From Leptogorgia sarmentosa (Eukaryota): a stretch of DNA of 64,000 bases. Shown in pieces: positions 11,909 to 25,062 of the stretch. The translations under genes and the position numbers were made by a program. Each line of letters opens with the position of its first letter. The first letter of the stretch is position 1. Under the pieces are notes generated by a model, which saw nothing but the letters and a program-made list of their open reading frames with translations, did no database searches and had not been told where the DNA came from. The DNA lies in contig OZ210885.1 of the NCBI GenBank assembly GCA_964658305.1, positions 20,894,001-20,958,000 on the forward strand, in the 5' to 3' direction.

Positions 11909-13740
11909 TAATACATCTAGACTGCAGAGTTGGGCAATTTTGAATGAGATGTCAAGTTCAGGAAGACAGCATGTTCAAGTGTAGGGCACAAATTCTACAG
12001 TACATGCTTCCCAGTGTGAAAAATTTGAGAAAGTTGTTACTCAGAAGTTCAACATATTACAGTTTATAGTAATAACAAGAAATTATTAAAATGTAATACT
12101 TTGGGTTGCACTAACAGATCCCACAGAATTTTTCTCGGATGAGTTAAAGCACAACTCTGTAGTCTAGATGTACATATTTCATAGCATATATACTATGTTT
12201 GAGATGAAGTTCATTCAGATTCCACATGTCTTTTGCAGTTTGCTAGCTACACTAGTCTATAAAAAGAATAATGTCAATAAAATGTTTATCTAATTGGGAA
12301 TTATGGTTCTCACACTTGGGAAAGATTCATGTAATTTCCGGTCAAATTCTTTCTCAACTTTTTCACATCCTTTGTGATAAACACTGGAGAATTTGTTTGG
12401 AACTTCAACTTCTTTGGCATCTGATCCATCCACTGGGAATCACTTTACCAACTCCCACCCTTCAATACAGGAGACCACATTCTCTTTCAGGCAAAACCAC
12501 ATTCCTTTCAGCTGGTCTGGGAAGGGATCCTGTTCCTTATGCTTTGTAGTTGGATGGACATTAAATGCATCACGTGACATAAATGCCTTTCTGACGGTTT
12601 CTATCATTTGAATATTGGCCATCAAACGTTCACACATTTTAACACTTGTATGCCCTACAAATGTAAAATGTTTTTACTGCCAAAATAAAAAAATGTAGTG
12701 AACTGTCAAATCTGTTCAATTGCTTAAGCCCTTCCTTATTTGCTTTCACTTGAACTGTCATCAACTTGAACTGCACATTTGGTAGTTCACAACATTTTTC
12801 AATTTTAGCTAGTTAGTATGTAATATTTTTAGTTTATAATGTATTTTGTTAAAATTTAAACAGAAAACAGTATAGTCATTAATTATATTTAAATCATTAC
12901 CTGACACATATGTCTTAAGTGGCTTTACCAAGTGTTCCTCTACAAATTCATCCATTGCTAAATTATGGCCATCTTTCCCATACAAACTAACTGAACAATT
13001 TCTCTTAATCATTTCTCGGAAAGCTAATGGCCAGACTGTACTAAAATTAACGACATGAACAAGTGCTTCCGTCCAGTAGTTTCTAAATTGGAGCTGTGCA
13101 AATATTGGCAGAAGCAATTTCCAAATGGCTTCTCTAGTAGTTCCAAGACCATCTAGAAGTGGTGCAAAAAGGATTACTAGCTCTATGCTATATGCAAAAG
13201 ATTTATCTTTTACTGCACACGTTGACAACCAATCATTAAAACAATCCAAAAGCAGTTTGTTATGGTTGCCATTCAACATGGAGTGTTCATCCAGCATTTC
13301 CTTGGTGGGAAATTTTTCAGATTTCTGAAAATTCTGCACAGCAGCAAGCCCCATTGCGATGCCTCCATCTCTAACTGCTTCTTGTATCCTGGATAGGTTT
13401 TGGTGTTGGAACTTCCGTGACTTAAATGCTTCTTCTGTCACCTTTGCACGTTTCATTACTTTATTAATGAGGTAATGGAACACTCCTGTTTTCTGAGCTT
13501 TATATGCTGCCTCACAAAGGTAGCCTTTTGTTTGAAGATCACCTGGTATTTCAGCTACCCATTTAAATGCTGATTGGGAACGGTTTTTGGTAGATCTTGT
13601 CACCTTGCATGTACCTTGATCACCAACAACAGCGGTTGGAAGTTGCACATGCACACTTCTTGTGTATTTAACTGGAGTAGTGTCATCATCGCTGTCATCA
13701 TCTGCATTTTCCATTGTTGAATCAATATCATTATCTGACA

Positions 13741-14484
13741 CAGGGGCGGATCTAGGATTTTTTATACCTAAGTCGAACTGTCGAACGCAGAAGGCGTGAG
13801 ACACCCCTAGGGGGGTCCGAGGGGCATGCCCCCCCGGAAAATTTTGAAATTTAGAGTCTCTGAAATGCAATTTAAAGCATTTCCCGGGTAGGATTTAAAA
13901 TATTGTAAAGAACATCAAATACATGATTTTTCTCGCAAAACATCCCTAGCCGAAGATATGTATCCTCGGGATTAAATGAATTGGACAGTCATGCAATATA
14001 AACAGAGGGTCAAATTACAACGCACATGCAAATACAATAGGTTTTATAATAGGTTCATTCTAAAGTTAGTTCTCGATCATTAAACCAGATGAGATCCTTC
14101 ATTTAGAAACCATGAAACAACTGATTCAAATACATTCAATATAAATCGCTTTGTTGAATTACAGTGGTTGAATAAAATTTTATTTAATGGAATACAACAT
14201 GCTACAGTATAGATAGACTGGCGGCTGCTGCAACAATGTATTCATCGCAGATATCTGATATTTCACAAAATGTGGCAAATGTTATGAATAATAGTTCATA
14301 TTTTTGATATTTTCATAACCATAGATTATAGCAGCGCACACTCTCCCTTTGTCAGCCGACTGATTGCCAGCACGATCTTTGGGAGGCACGTATATATTCC
14401 AGCCGTTCTGTTGTTGAACATCAATATTAAGTAAAAGCTGCTCGCGCTGGATATTTTCGCTGCCGCACGAAAGATCCGCCCCTG
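13741..14484. mobile_element. hAT-type MITE inserted in an Academ transposase exon
   Basis: TIR CAGGGGCGGATCT / AGATCCGCCCCTG with perfect 8-bp TSD ATCTGACA (13733-13740, 14485-14492). Removing it restores the frame ...DVMSD-NDIDST... Confidence 0.9.
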
Positions 14485-14569
14485 ATCTGACATAACATCA
14501 TTCATGATGTCACTAATGTAGTCATTTTCTGCCGATTCATGTTCAAAAATCCTTGTGATTTCAGTCACT

Positions 14570-14820
14570 TTCATCGTGTCTGCCATTTCAATAGGAGAAG
14601 GCATGCTTGAATATAAGGCTCCTGATGCCAATGCAAAATTTTCGAAAAGGAGTTTGCACATATCCACATCTGCTTTCAACACTGCAATTGTCAAGGGTGT
14701 GGCCCCACAACCTTCTTGTACATTGATGTTCACACCAGCAGAAAGGAGTGTCTTTACAAGAGGCACATTTCCATTCTACACAGCATAATGCAAGATGTTC
14801 CGTCCAAGGTGATCTGTCAC
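14570..14820 (-). other. Ankyrin repeats (2 clear, possibly a third) within the Academ transposase
   Basis: DHLGRNILHYAV*NGNVPLVKTLLSAGVNINVQEGCGATPLTIAVLKADVDMCKLLFENFA matches the ankyrin consensus G-TPLH-A--G----V--LL--GA-VN. There is one TAG at 14778-14776. Confidence 0.85.
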
Positions 14821-17626
14821 AATTTCCCAGTTATCTCTACTATTGTGCAACTTGTTAATAAGCTTAACTAGATCACTATGTTCACTTGACTGCATGGCAT
14901 TAAGCATCTGACCATTTATACTGTCATACACTTTCTTCAATACCCCATCTTCTTGTTGAAAATGTCTTGTTGTGCTTTCAATTGTTTCAGGATGAACATC
15001 ATCAGAACGAGTAGTCTCACTAGGATCACAGACGTCAATTAACCCCTTTTCACTTGAACGGATCTGTTCCTCAGTATTAACCATGTTTATTCGATGCACA
15101 TGCAACATGAGCATAAATTCATGGTGTTTTCGAGCAGCGGAGAGGTCATAGGTATTTTCATCTTTGTTGAGCACAAAATTTCTTGTTGCATGTTCACATG
15201 GAATGTTAAATTCACTGCCAAAACTGTTCTAGTATTGCAGCAGTGCCGGTTAGTGTTGAATTGTCATCCAGAGAAAGAGGGAGAATTAAATAGTCACTTA
15301 CATGTGATGGAAACTCTCGATTGATAACAGGAACCTCAATTTGATAAACGTGGTCCTTTGCCTTAGGAGCTACAGCAGTAGAAACATATTCCTTGATCCA
15401 CCTGGTACACTCCATTTCACTCATTTGTTCTATTGGCTTAGAACTTGAAGGGATATTGTTTAGTCCTGTATCTAGAAGCTTCAGGAAATACCTCTCCTTC
15501 ATTTCATTCCATAACTGCATGTGTTTAGCATCTCCATCTACATTTAACACACAATAAGTAACAATATGTAAATGACAATTACCTAGTGAATATTAATTTT
15601 GGGACAACCATTCAAATGCTTACTGTACAAATCAAACCACTTAAACAGTTTAAAAGTCTGATAAAATGTGCAGCAACTGTACCAACCAATATGTCTTTCG
15701 CTTTGAGATGTTCAACTGGATTTTGTGGCTTCATCCAATGGGTTGAATCAAGGAATAGATGTTCCATCCCATCTAAACAAGGCAACAGGGCAGCTCTTGC
15801 AGTGAAATTCCACATTTTGGGACCCAACTTACGCACAAGCCTGTCATGTCTGGCTTTTCCTCTGTACATGTTGATATTATCCATAAGGAAGATAACAGGA
15901 GTTTCTGCTGTGAATTTGTCATCAATAAGTTGCTGAAAGCCATCCAACCGTTTGTCTAGGTACCCCATTCTTGGAAACAGAATATTGATCAATGTACTTA
16001 TTTAAATATATGTCAAACTCTGGCTCACTAAACTTACTTAAGAGATCATCCACTTTTTTAACATATCAATTCACATACAAAATGTAAAACACCTACAGGG
16101 TATCCCAATGCAGCGAAAGACCAAGAGAAGATAACATGTTGATGAATTGTTTTCCTGCACCATATGAGATACACAGCATTCCAAATAACAACACAAAGTC
16201 ATTCATGGCTCTCGAGTTTCTGATATTTAACAAGACTACCAAGGATTGGCTAGCACATAACAGTTTGTAATGTGCTGTTTTATGAATATTCCTCTCTTGC
16301 TTGTTCGACCCAACTAAACACCCAACTATTGATGTTATAAGAGGGCATGTCCTGGAAATCTCATCAAGAAATGACACAAACATGTCATTTGGTATGCTTG
16401 TATCAGTCCAAAACTTTCCAGTTCGGTATCCCTTGTTTGACAACTCTTCTAGCCTTTTCATCTCAACACTAATTTCTTGTTGCTGCTCAGCATTCAACTT
16501 CACACCAGTATGATGTATATTCTGGACTTGGATTTCATACAATTTTACCAATGCATCTGCATATTTGTTTCTATTACTTTGCTCCACTTTATATTGATCA
16601 GCTACTTGCAATGCAACATCACCAGGACTATCCTGTTCAAGATGGGTCATCAATTCACTCCACAACTCCTGAATTCTTGCATCACAATCAGTGATCTGTG
16701 TTTGCATCCTTTCAATTTCATCATCAACTTGTGATATACTCCGCCCTTGAACAACTGGCACATGAACAGATTTTCTTGTGATTTTCTTATACATATTACT
16801 TAGGTATTATAGTAAAGGAAACAATATAACAGAAAAGTATATTTATCAGTTGTAATTTGTGATGACTACCATTTAAACAAAATTTTAGAGTCAAACCAGG
16901 AGAAATTAATTTTGAAACTGAAACTGCAAGCCCTTTGGCAGGAATTTCCCATGTAACAGAGATTCAGGTGCAACACTCCAAGCAATTTCGGTTTGAGTCC
17001 TGTTGGAGTGCTTGCAGGACAATTACATTTTCACAGCTGTTCGTGTGCATAAAATTGTATCCCATAACCCATTAAAAATTACTACAGTATTTAGTTAAAA
17101 ACAAAAATATGAAACATTTCATAAAGAAAGGATACTAATTCCGACCAGATCTCATCACTCTCTTAATGCTGCATGAAGGAAATGCAGAAAGAACAACCCT
17201 TGTAGCTAGGCTCTTTTCAGTGTCTGTTAATTCCAGATAATGTAGAACAATAGATTGTTCCACTTCCTTCCCATCACATTGCTCAAAACCTTCCAACAGT
17301 TTTGCCTGAAGAATTTCTTGTCTCTGTTTGCGGTCCCGTCCAGACAAACCATGCCCTGTATTCAATACAAAATGAAAAATGTTTATTATCAAGTTAGAAA
17401 ACTGATAAACGAGCATTTGCTTATATCAACTTTCTGACTTACAAAAGGCCATCAGCCTATGGCTAAGAAATGTCAAACACCTGACATAGTGTATTGTAAT
17501 TTTAGTTACAATCATTAGGTGTTTTATCCAAGAACCGTATGACTCATCACTGATAAGAGCTTTCTGTCTTCATATGTAATATGTAAAATATGCAAATTTG
17601 CAATGGCTATCTGTAAAACAAGGAAC

Positions 17627-17958
17627 GGGGAATCGGGGAAGGGAACCGGGGAATCGGGGAAGGGAATCGGGGAATCTGTAAAAGCCGGAATCTGTAAAAC
17701 CCGGAATCTGTAAAAGCCGGAATCTGTAAAACCCGGAATCTGTAAAAGCCGGAATATGTAAAACCCGGAATCTGTAAAACCCGGAATATGTAAAACCCGG
17801 AATCTGTAAAACCCGGAATCTGTAAAACCCGGAATCTGTAAAACCCGGAATCTGTAAAAGCCGGAATATGTAAAACCCGGAATATGTAAAACCCGGAATA
17901 TGTAAAACCCGGAATCTGTAAAACCCGGAATCTGTAAAACCCGGAATCTGTAAAAGCC
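17627..17958 (+). repeat. Left MULE TIR arrays: G-rich 21-bp unit, then ~18 copies of 16-bp CCGGAAT(C/A)TGTAAAA(C/G)
   Basis: Direct reading; head-to-tail units with no spacers. Confidence 0.92.
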
Positions 17959-18379
17959 GTAGAAGTGGAATTGAAGCGTTTAAGTTAAAATGTTCTCTTT
18001 TTCTAGCATTAAACTACATCTCGATGTCTATAGCAATGTGAACATACAAAACGTGTAGATATATGAAAAACGACATTAGATTTTACGCTGAAATGTACTG
18101 TTTTAATAACATTACCAAAACACAAATAATCGAACAAGATGGCCAAAGTAACCAAAGTAAAAACGGTATCCAACTTAACGTGCAATATCTAACTTAAATA
18201 CACAGCTGTTGCAGATTATTCACCCCTCGTGCAAGCCAAAATATCTAAAAAATAACTCAAATTTTACAGCTCAACTTTGTGTGAATTAAGCAAAATAACG
18301 TTTGTAAAAGATGAAAAATGCATATGCAAATGCAATGTCTTATGCGTCATTACAATAAGAATATATGAAAACCTCGCAT

Positions 18380-21300
18380 CTATTCGCTGTGGTTCCAACC
18401 AAAATTTTGCGAAAGTCGTATCACATGCTCAGGGTGGAGCATCGCGGAAAAAGCTTCTGGGATGGCTAGAAAGCTGACGTTAAAATACGGATACCTTAAT
18501 TGAATGCACTCACGCCGCAAGTGAAAGTGGACATTTTGGGGATTGTTAGTTCGCTGAATTTGCCCGGTTATCCGATCTCTATATTCACGTATATCTCTAC
18601 AAAAAACAACAAGGTCATCAGGAGGTTCAGATGGTGGATTTGGAATAGCTCTTCCACAGCCATAGCACTTGGACACTCTAGTTCCGTGAACCCACTTCAA
18701 TTGAAACGACCTCGGTGGAACAGTTACTTGATGGGTGGCTGTAGATGAAGTGCCGACCGAATTTCCAGAAAGAACTGCACGATTTACACACGATGACACG
18801 TTAGTACCGCCGAATGATAGAGCACTGCTTCTGAACGCTTCTCTTGGCTGAGGTTGTAGTTGGAAATCACACATGGGGTGCGAAGCTGTTGATGGGAAAG
18901 ATGGATGCTGTTGCTGTAGACCCTGTGATGCAGATGGAGCTGTTGATGGGAAGGTCAAACGTTGTTGCTGTAGACCCTGCGATGAAGCTGTCGCTGTTGC
19001 TGGGAAAGATGGATGCTGTTGCTGTAGACCCTGCGATGAGGCTGTCGCTGTTGATGGGAAAGATGGATGTTGTCGCTGTAGACACTGCGATGAGGCTGTC
19101 GCTGTTGCTGGGAAAGATGGATGCTGTTGCTGTAGACCCTGCGATGAGGCTGTCGCTGTTGATGGGAAAGATGGATGTTGTCGCTGTAGACACTGCGATG
19201 AGGCTGTCGCTGTTGCTGGGAAAGATGGATGCTGTTGCTGTAGACCCTGCGATGCAGATGGAGCTGTTGATGGGAAGGCTGAACATTGTTGCTGTAGGTC
19301 AGATGTGGATCTCGCCGCCTGCTGATAACTCTCCAGATAATCGGGAGTATGTAATTCGACGTATCTTTCTACAGGAGTTGGTTTTGCATTCGTCCTTTTT
19401 CTGTTCGATGGTTTTTTTCCGGCGTTCTTGGGCCCACCTTGCTCCACCATATCCATCATCATTGTACGTTTTTTTCTTCCTTTAAACCACGCAATAAAAT
19501 CTGTTAATGTTCCTTTAACCTCGGCCACTGCAACGACGTGCTCACAAATTTTAGTGGAAAAGTTGACACATGTTCGATCACATGACAACGAGCCACCTTT
19601 TCCGGGTTTGACGCTGTGGATTTTGTTGCAGTTACCAGCAACAATAAACGATTCGTCCGTTGCTCCAGGTTTAGGAATGACAGATCCAGGTGTCTTCACC
19701 AACCGATCGGCCTTCTCAGATATATTTTCGAGAATGGAAGCAGGAATAGTTGTTATACCGCTTCCATTTGCTGTGCATGACAGCCCAGGCTTGTTTGCTC
19801 CTTTCTCACCACATTCAAGATCGTTGGTTGGATCTGTGATTTCATCAATGTGGTTGATATCCGCCTGCTTGAAATCATTTATTTTCTTAACAACTTGAGC
19901 ATGACTTAAACGACTCCTTTCTACGTCACTGACAGCGAATTTCGAAAATCCTTTTCTCAATCTATACGGTCCTCTATTGAACACGGCCCGCTCTTCGTTT
20001 CTTTGTTGCATCTCAATTATATCCTTGATTTTTTCGATGAACTCGTGGGGTTTGGTTGCATCGAAATGAAGACCATGTTTAATGATAAAATTTGCCGACT
20101 CGGGATCATTATTCTTATAATCGGAAGGTGGATCACCCAACCCTGCATCGATCCGAACTGGTTTCAGCATGGACTCTTTCATTTCCTCTGCCTATAAATA
20201 AGAGGAGCCAAAGCATTACAATATATCAACATGACTATTTGTTAATTTGATGCCATTTAAAAAAAAACATTCAGTCACGATGTAATTTAAGCAACAACTA
20301 CTATTATTCAATTTTTAGTATTATCAATTTTGATTGGTCAATTTATCTGCAAATATATGTGCAAATAATAGTCTGAGCATGCGCATTTGTTAAAAACATT
20401 GTTCATCTACTGAGATCCGCTTTCCTGAGCTTTCAGAAGACGATTTGTCGTCCCTTTTGAAGAAAAAGTGCTGATAAATTAACCAAAAAAAATTAGTATA
20501 CTATGAGGTGAATAATAAAACAAATATTGAACTCGGTTCTCGCAAAATATCGCGATTTGTTGGTGGCTAGCAGATCAATAATTTGCCCCTGCCTTCAGCA
20601 TCGATCAATATAATTGATCAGCTCGCGCCCGACAAATAACGATATTTCGTTCAACCTAGTCTAGTATGTGTTATCCTGCGAATCAATGTCGCAAATTTGT
20701 ACATAATATATCATGAAAAACTATATCACTGTTACCTTCTCGCGTCTAAACCATTCAAAGAAAGTTAAATTCTTTTCCTTCGACCCGCTCTCTCTCTCTT
20801 TCCATTCTTCTTCAAGATAAGCAAGCTTCTCGTCAAATTCATCGGCACAAGCACTATCCACCAGTCCTGTGTACATTACCTCTCCTCTCTGCTCACCGAA
20901 AATATCTGCGATAAATTGTTTACGGGCACTCGGTGACACTCCTATCAGTTAGCTTCCTATTAATGTTGTCCTTAACATGAAGAAAACAGCGTAAAAAGAT
21001 GGCGTAAGGAAAATTCCTCTTAAATCCATCACTTAGCGCCTTTTCTCCGTCAGTTCCACAAGCGAGAATCCCCTCCAACTCTGGATTTGCTGTTTTGAGA
21101 GCGTGGGCAAATTTGGAATAGGTTTTCCAATCTTTCTTTTGATGCATTAGTAGAGGGCCTATAAAAACAGGTGGCTTTCCAGTGGTGGTCTGCTCCAGCT
21201 TAAGATTCCTATATGTAGTAACTGTTAGGCTGATATTCTTATCAAAGATGTTAAATGTTGGGTCGATACCAAATATACAAAAATTCATTGGATTAGTGCA

Positions 21301-22499
21301 AAATTTCTTAAGTTCATCTAACTGCACATTGTTTGCTAAAACGACAAATAGGCTTGGATGGATCGAGCATTCTCGTATGAATACGTTATGTTTTGATTCG
21401 TCTTCCTCTCTCTTGGCGCGTTCTAAAAGCGTCCAAACGTCATCCAATCGCATATTTGCCTTTGTTCCTTGTTCCGCCTCTCCACTAACGCCACTTGCAG
21501 TATCAAGCGACTGCCTTGCCGATCGCCTCGCGTTATACATATCTACAGGACCTCTTGGCAACTCTCCTAACGAGCGTGCCATCGTAACGTCTCCAGATGA
21601 AGAATAAATTTCGTCCAAAGCAGCAGTTGCAGTTTTTTTACCATCTAATACGGAACGCTTCATTTTTTCCCTTGTACTCGGTAGGATACGTCTATACGGT
21701 AGCTTAGACTTGGAATTTCCGTGCGGTTTAGCGTTTAAAACATCGTGCTCAGGCCCACTGAACAAATATTGGACGAGAACCAAAGGAAGCTGGTTACCGG
21801 AAGGATCTATGTTTTAGAAAAAATGTTGCAGAAACAACCGTTAGTTTCAGTACAGTGAAAATAAATACAGTGTATATAAATATGTGGATAATTCCATTCC
21901 CAAATTATGTAAACACAGTCCCATAATTGCCACAAGCTGATCCACATTTTACTAAATTCGCGCAGTATTCATTTTCGCGCAGCCTCCAATTCGTGCATCT
22001 TGTTCAGAGTTTAGAACTACGAGACTCACTACACATACACTGGACGCACATATACATACCGTATAATCTTGAAACAATTTTACGAACATCCGGCGAGGAA
22101 ACGTTCGTGTAATATACTCGCTTCAATTCATGTGCCAAATAGGTTCTGCGTGAACAACTGCGATCTTTACTTTCGATTGTTATTCTCTTACAACCTTGTT
22201 GATCCGTTTCCACCAGACAACGACATTTAGGAGAACCGTTATGTTTCCATGCGCCCATGTCGTCGCACTTCATGTCATCTTTATGCGCGAAACATGTCGA
22301 ATCCAAAAGAAATGACACGTTATGTGACACATTTATAGGCTGCGATATGCACATTGCTTCCTTTTCATATGATCCAAGGAGCACAGCCGCAATCTCATAA
22401 CTTGTATAAGCTTTTATTCGTTTTTCAAATATTGGAGTCTTTGTATCACCCTTGTACGGCTCGCCAAGAGGTGTAAACGATGCAATGTCGTCGTCAACA
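18380..22499 (-). CDS. MULE transposase moiety: DDE core, SWIM finger, Gln-rich repeats, C-terminal CxxC...HxxxxC finger (one frameshift)
   Basis: Exons 22499-22060, 21806-20736, 20191-18380. Motifs DMKCDDMGAW, KPHGNS, FGIDPTFN (D), CGTDGEKAL (D), RCFLH (CxxH), NNDPESAN (E); SWIM-like CDRTC...ICEH; SKCYGC...HFHLRRECI. Single frameshift near 20940. Confidence 0.88.
18880..19300 (-). repeat. 54-bp coding tandem repeat (18 aa, SQGLQQQHPSFPATATAS), ~8 copies
   Basis: GCTGTAGAC recurs every 54 nt (19021, 19075, 19129); in frame in the transposase's last exon. Confidence 0.9.
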
Positions 22500-22870
22500 C
22501 TGAAAGATATTAGGTTCCATTATTGACAATAATAAATTCAAGAAGGCATTGATGACAAAAGTTCGTCAGGAAAACTGCCATAACAATCAATTCAAAATTG
22601 TAATTTGCACGTGAGATGCTATCAGGCGAATTCCTAAAACCTGATAAGTCTGGCCAACGTTCTCTTTCATTTGGCTGTAGCTTCTTATTGTTTAGCATTT
22701 TGGAGTTCAACTACCTTACTCGTACTTAATTTCGGGTGACTTTAATTTCGCGATTGAAAAAGAATCACGAAATTAAAGTCGCGCGAAATATGGCTTCTTA
22801 GAGATTAGTACATGAGATTGTAGGATCTATGCAACTTTCTCAAAGAAAATATTAATAGGCATATTTTTAC

Positions 22871-24067
22871 CTTGATGATGATTCGCCACTACTAGAACTG
22901 GACGTCTCATTAGAGCCTTGATAAAAAATGGCTTGACTTGTGGAGGGAATGTCTCGATTATTGGATACAAGAATTGGCCTCTTTTTTCGCGAATACGACC
23001 TGCCTCTGTCAGGACTACTTGGATTAGAATCATTTCGGCTGGGATTTGTAGATGGAATGTCTCGATTATCACTCCCAGAGAGAGACTGTTCTTCGCTAGT
23101 CGCATCAGAATCATTTCGACGTCGACTAATGGATAGACGGATTGAACTCTTTTTCCTGGAATATGATCTATCTTTATCAACATTAGGATCATTTATTTGG
23201 CTGGGAGTTGTGGATGGAATGTCTCGATTATAACTACCAGAAAGTGGCTGTTCTTCGCTAGTCGCATCAGAATCATTTCGACGTCGACTAATGGATAGAC
23301 GGATTGAACTCTTTTTCCTGGAATATGATCTATCTTTATCAACATTAGGATCATTTATTTGGCTGGGAGTTGTGGATGGAATGTCTCGATTATAACTACC
23401 AGAAAGTGGCTGTTCTTCGCTAGTCGCATCAGAATCATTTCGACGTCGACTAATGGATAGACGGATTGAACTCTTTTTCCTGGAATATGATCTATCTTTA
23501 TCAACATTAGGATCATTTATTTGGCTGGGAGTTGTGGATGGAATGTCTCGATTATAACTACCAGAAAGTGGCTGTTCTTCGCTAGTCGCATCAGAATCAT
23601 TTCGACGTCGACTAATGGATAGACGGATTGAACTCTTTTTCCTGGAATATGATCTATCTTTATCAACATTAGGATCATTTATTTGGCTGGGAGTTGTGGA
23701 TGGAATGTCTCGATTATAACTACCAAAAAGTGGCTGTTCTTCGCTAGTCGCATCAGAATCATTTCGACGTCGATTTATGGATTGAACGATTGGACTCTTT
23801 CTTCTGGAATGCGATCCATCTTTGTCGAGATTTGACTCATTTCGTAATGGAATATCTTCATTGCCTTTACTAGACGGTGGTTGTTCTTCGTAAGTCCGAC
23901 TAATGTGCAAGATTGGATTTTTACTAGCGGAGTACGACATGCCTTCGTCTTTGATTGGTGGAATATCTCGATTATATATACTGGATAAGGATGGTTCTTC
24001 GCCTTGGGGCTGTCGTTGCTGTACATTCAGACTTTGACTTGTGGGCGTCGTTGCCGACTCTGAAAAT
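22871..24067 (-). CDS. Ser/Arg-rich low-complexity exon linking the kinase and MULE moieties
   Basis: Open frame of ~399 codons bounded by acceptor cttag| at 24068 and donor AAG|gtaaaa at 22870, both phase 2. Confidence 0.7.
23050..23775 (-). repeat. 162-bp coding tandem repeat (54 aa), ~4.5 near-identical copies
   Basis: CGCATCAGAATCATTTCGACGTCGA recurs every 162 nt (e.g. 23101, 23263). Protein unit RRRNDSDATSEEQPLSGSYNRDIPSTTPSQINDPNVDKDRSYSRKKSSIRLSIS. Confidence 0.93.
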
Positions 24068-24664
24068 CTAAGACACACATGTCAATGATCAATAAATATG
24101 CTTTACTGACCATCATAGGAGTAGAATACACAGGGGCTTTGGGGCTCGAGCACCACCCCCCCCCCCCCTTTAGAAATCTTACACAGGGGATGCATACATG
24201 CTGCTTGTGGATCAAATTTGCAAATCATGAGTTATTTTAAGCCATTAATTTAGTAAGTGAAATATTACCTTGCATCATTCTCATCATGTGTAACTTCAAC
24301 ACAATGCCAACTTTCTTTCAGAGGAGTCACCTGTTTAGTTAATGGAATAAACTCATGAGTTACAATGTTTAATTAATAGATGGGAATATTCAGTAACACT
24401 GTATCTATCAGTGAATGCAAAATGTTTCTATCATTTTCTGTTTCATTTGACCAATCCAAAACATATGAAAGACCATCATTCCAGCTGAATTTCTGGACTA
24501 CAGCAGTGCTCACATGAATTACTTTACATGAAATACTACCCAAATGAATAAATTAGGTAGCCTTCATCATACCACAGGGAATTTTTACAAAACAATCTTA
24601 CTAGAATCTCATTTCATATGTCATTGTGTTAACGCCTTGTAGGATTGCTTGAAAGCCTGAAATC

Positions 24665-25057
24665 AAATCTCACAACTTGTTAACAAGACATGTTCACAAC
24701 AAGCTTGCAGCAAGCCTGTCAACAAGTTGCAACAATGCTGTTATTTTGACAAGTTGCAACAAGCTTGTCACTCACTCACAACTTGTTAACAAGTTGTCAG
24801 AACAAGCTTGTAGCAAGTCTGCTGCAGATTTGTCACAAGTTGTTACGAACCTGCAACTGACTTGCTACAGGCTTGTTGACTCTACAGTCTTGTTACAAGC
24901 TTGTTCTAGCTAGTAACTTGTTATCATCTTGCAATTCAACAACTTGTTAACATGTTGTGAGTGACAAGCGTCAAAGTTGTCAAAACAAGTACAACTTGTC
25001 GACACTCTTGCTACAAGCTTGTTGCGAACACATCTTGTTGTCAAGTTGTGAGATTTT
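24665..25057. mobile_element. Palindromic MITE-like element built of ACAAG/CTTGT/CAACTTG motifs, in an intron of the MULE gene
   Basis: AAATCTCACAACTTG.TAACAAGA at the left mirrors TCTTGTTG.CAAGTTGTGAGATTT at the right. TSD not resolved. Confidence 0.7.
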
Positions 25058-25062
25058 GGGTA

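Noticed and set aside
12809..14766. ORFs 12809-13870 and 14326-14766 as separate genes
   Set aside because: Their termini are read from the hAT MITE (13741-14484). Removing it joins them into one Academ exon.
17672..17958. Regular short repeat array resembling a CRISPR or telomeric array
   Set aside because: No unique spacers and no cas genes, in a eukaryotic context. It is mirrored at 26327-26525 as part of the MULE TIR.
18844..19485. Cys-rich 'metallothionein-like' and other repetitive ORFs (18873-19325, 18844-19485, 18867-19286)
   Set aside because: These are alternative-frame or antisense readings of the 54-bp repeat in the MULE transposase exon.
22712..22810. Short hairpin GACTTTAATTTCG.GAT...ATC.CGAAATTAAAGTC in a MULE intron
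   Set aside because: Probably a tiny MITE remnant; no clear TSD and no evidence for an ncRNA or terminator.
24340..24660. Additional exons between the kinase and the 62-nt exon
   Set aside because: Candidate acceptors give stops or incompatible phases, so I treated the region as intron. An alternative exon cannot be excluded.
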